Of a stretch of DNA of 64,000 nucleotides, positions 63,745 through 64,000 are shown in pieces (position 1 is the stretch's first letter; every line of letters starts with the position of its first letter). Origin of the DNA: an uncultured bacterium. Lineage in GTDB: Bacteria > Verrucomicrobiota > Verrucomicrobiia > Verrucomicrobiales > V1-33. The notes beneath the pieces were generated by a model that was given only the letters and a program-made list of their open reading frames with translations, was not told the DNA's origin and searched no databases. The position numbers were made by a program, and so were the translations under genes. The DNA lies in contig CAJBME010000310.1 of the NCBI GenBank assembly GCA_903954065.1, forward strand, positions 8,854-72,853, given 5' to 3'.

Positions 63745-64000
63745 ATGACTGCTGAACATATTTGCGATGTCCTTAAACACCGGGGCATCATTGACCAGAG
63801 CCAGGCTGACAGCATCGTCGATGAGGCCAAGAGCACCGGTGACAGCATCGTCCACATCCTGAAGAATTTCGGACTGATTCAGCACGAGAACGAACTGTAT
63901 CAAGTGGTAGCCGAGGAACTCGCCGCCCCATTCCACGACCTCAAAGGATTCGATCCACCCAAGGCCCTGCTGGAATTGATCCCGGCCAACTTGGTCCGCC
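63745..64000 (+). CDS. second GspE/PilB-type ATPase, N-terminal fragment (runs off the window)
   Basis: MTAEHICDVLKHRGIIDQSQADSIVDEAKSTGDSIVHILKNFGLIQHENELYQVVAEELAAPFHDL is a T2SSE_N/MshEN-like domain. The frame stays open to nt 64000. An upstream in-frame ATG at 63679 is also possible. Confidence 0.7.
   Translation, partial: MTAEHICDVLKHRGIIDQSQADSIVDEAKSTGDSIVHILKNFGLIQHENELYQVVAEELAAPFHDLKGFDPPKALLELIPANLVR

Noticed and set aside
1-64000. Search for tRNA, rRNA, tmRNA, known riboswitches, prophage genes and recognisable anti-phage defence systems
   Set aside because: No T-loop-type GGTTCGAATCC motifs and no rRNA-like segments were seen in the intergenic regions. No integrase, terminase, capsid, nuclease, helicase or reverse-transcriptase hallmarks appear among the translated ORFs. 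This was a visual scan only, so small RNAs cannot be excluded.

Overview
High-GC, gene-dense window of about 34 CDS. No rRNA, tRNA, CRISPR array, transposase or integrase was recognised. The gene content points to a PVC-superphylum genome (Verrucomicrobiota or Planctomycetota-like): two DUF1549/DUF1553 (PSCyt/PSD) plus DUF1501 cassettes, several Tat signals, and LamG, TSP3, Calx-beta, LTD and CotH giant proteins. Recognisable housekeeping genes are asnS, pcp, an HtrA-type protease, selO, an RsmC-like methyltransferase, an ECF-type sigma factor, glcF-like, and one complete plus one partial GspE/PilB ATPase. About 25 kb (~40%) encodes eight large secreted multidomain proteins. Their N-terminal architectures are unrelated, but all end in the same ~60-75 aa beta-rich tail ([GN]xxYx[LV]xxST[DN]LxxW ... 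[FY][FY][RK][VLI]). I flag this tail as a candidate, apparently undescribed, C-terminal sorting or anchoring module. Other points worth a second look: the two PSCyt/PSD-DUF1501 cassettes, each coupled to different hydrolases within a 22.6 kb same-strand block; a multi-hairpin intergenic repeat family (11.3-11.9 kb and 25.2-25.4 kb); a 1077-bp in-frame tandem duplication; and several slippage-prone tracts. All calls come from reading the sequence and ORF translations by eye. No database search was run.
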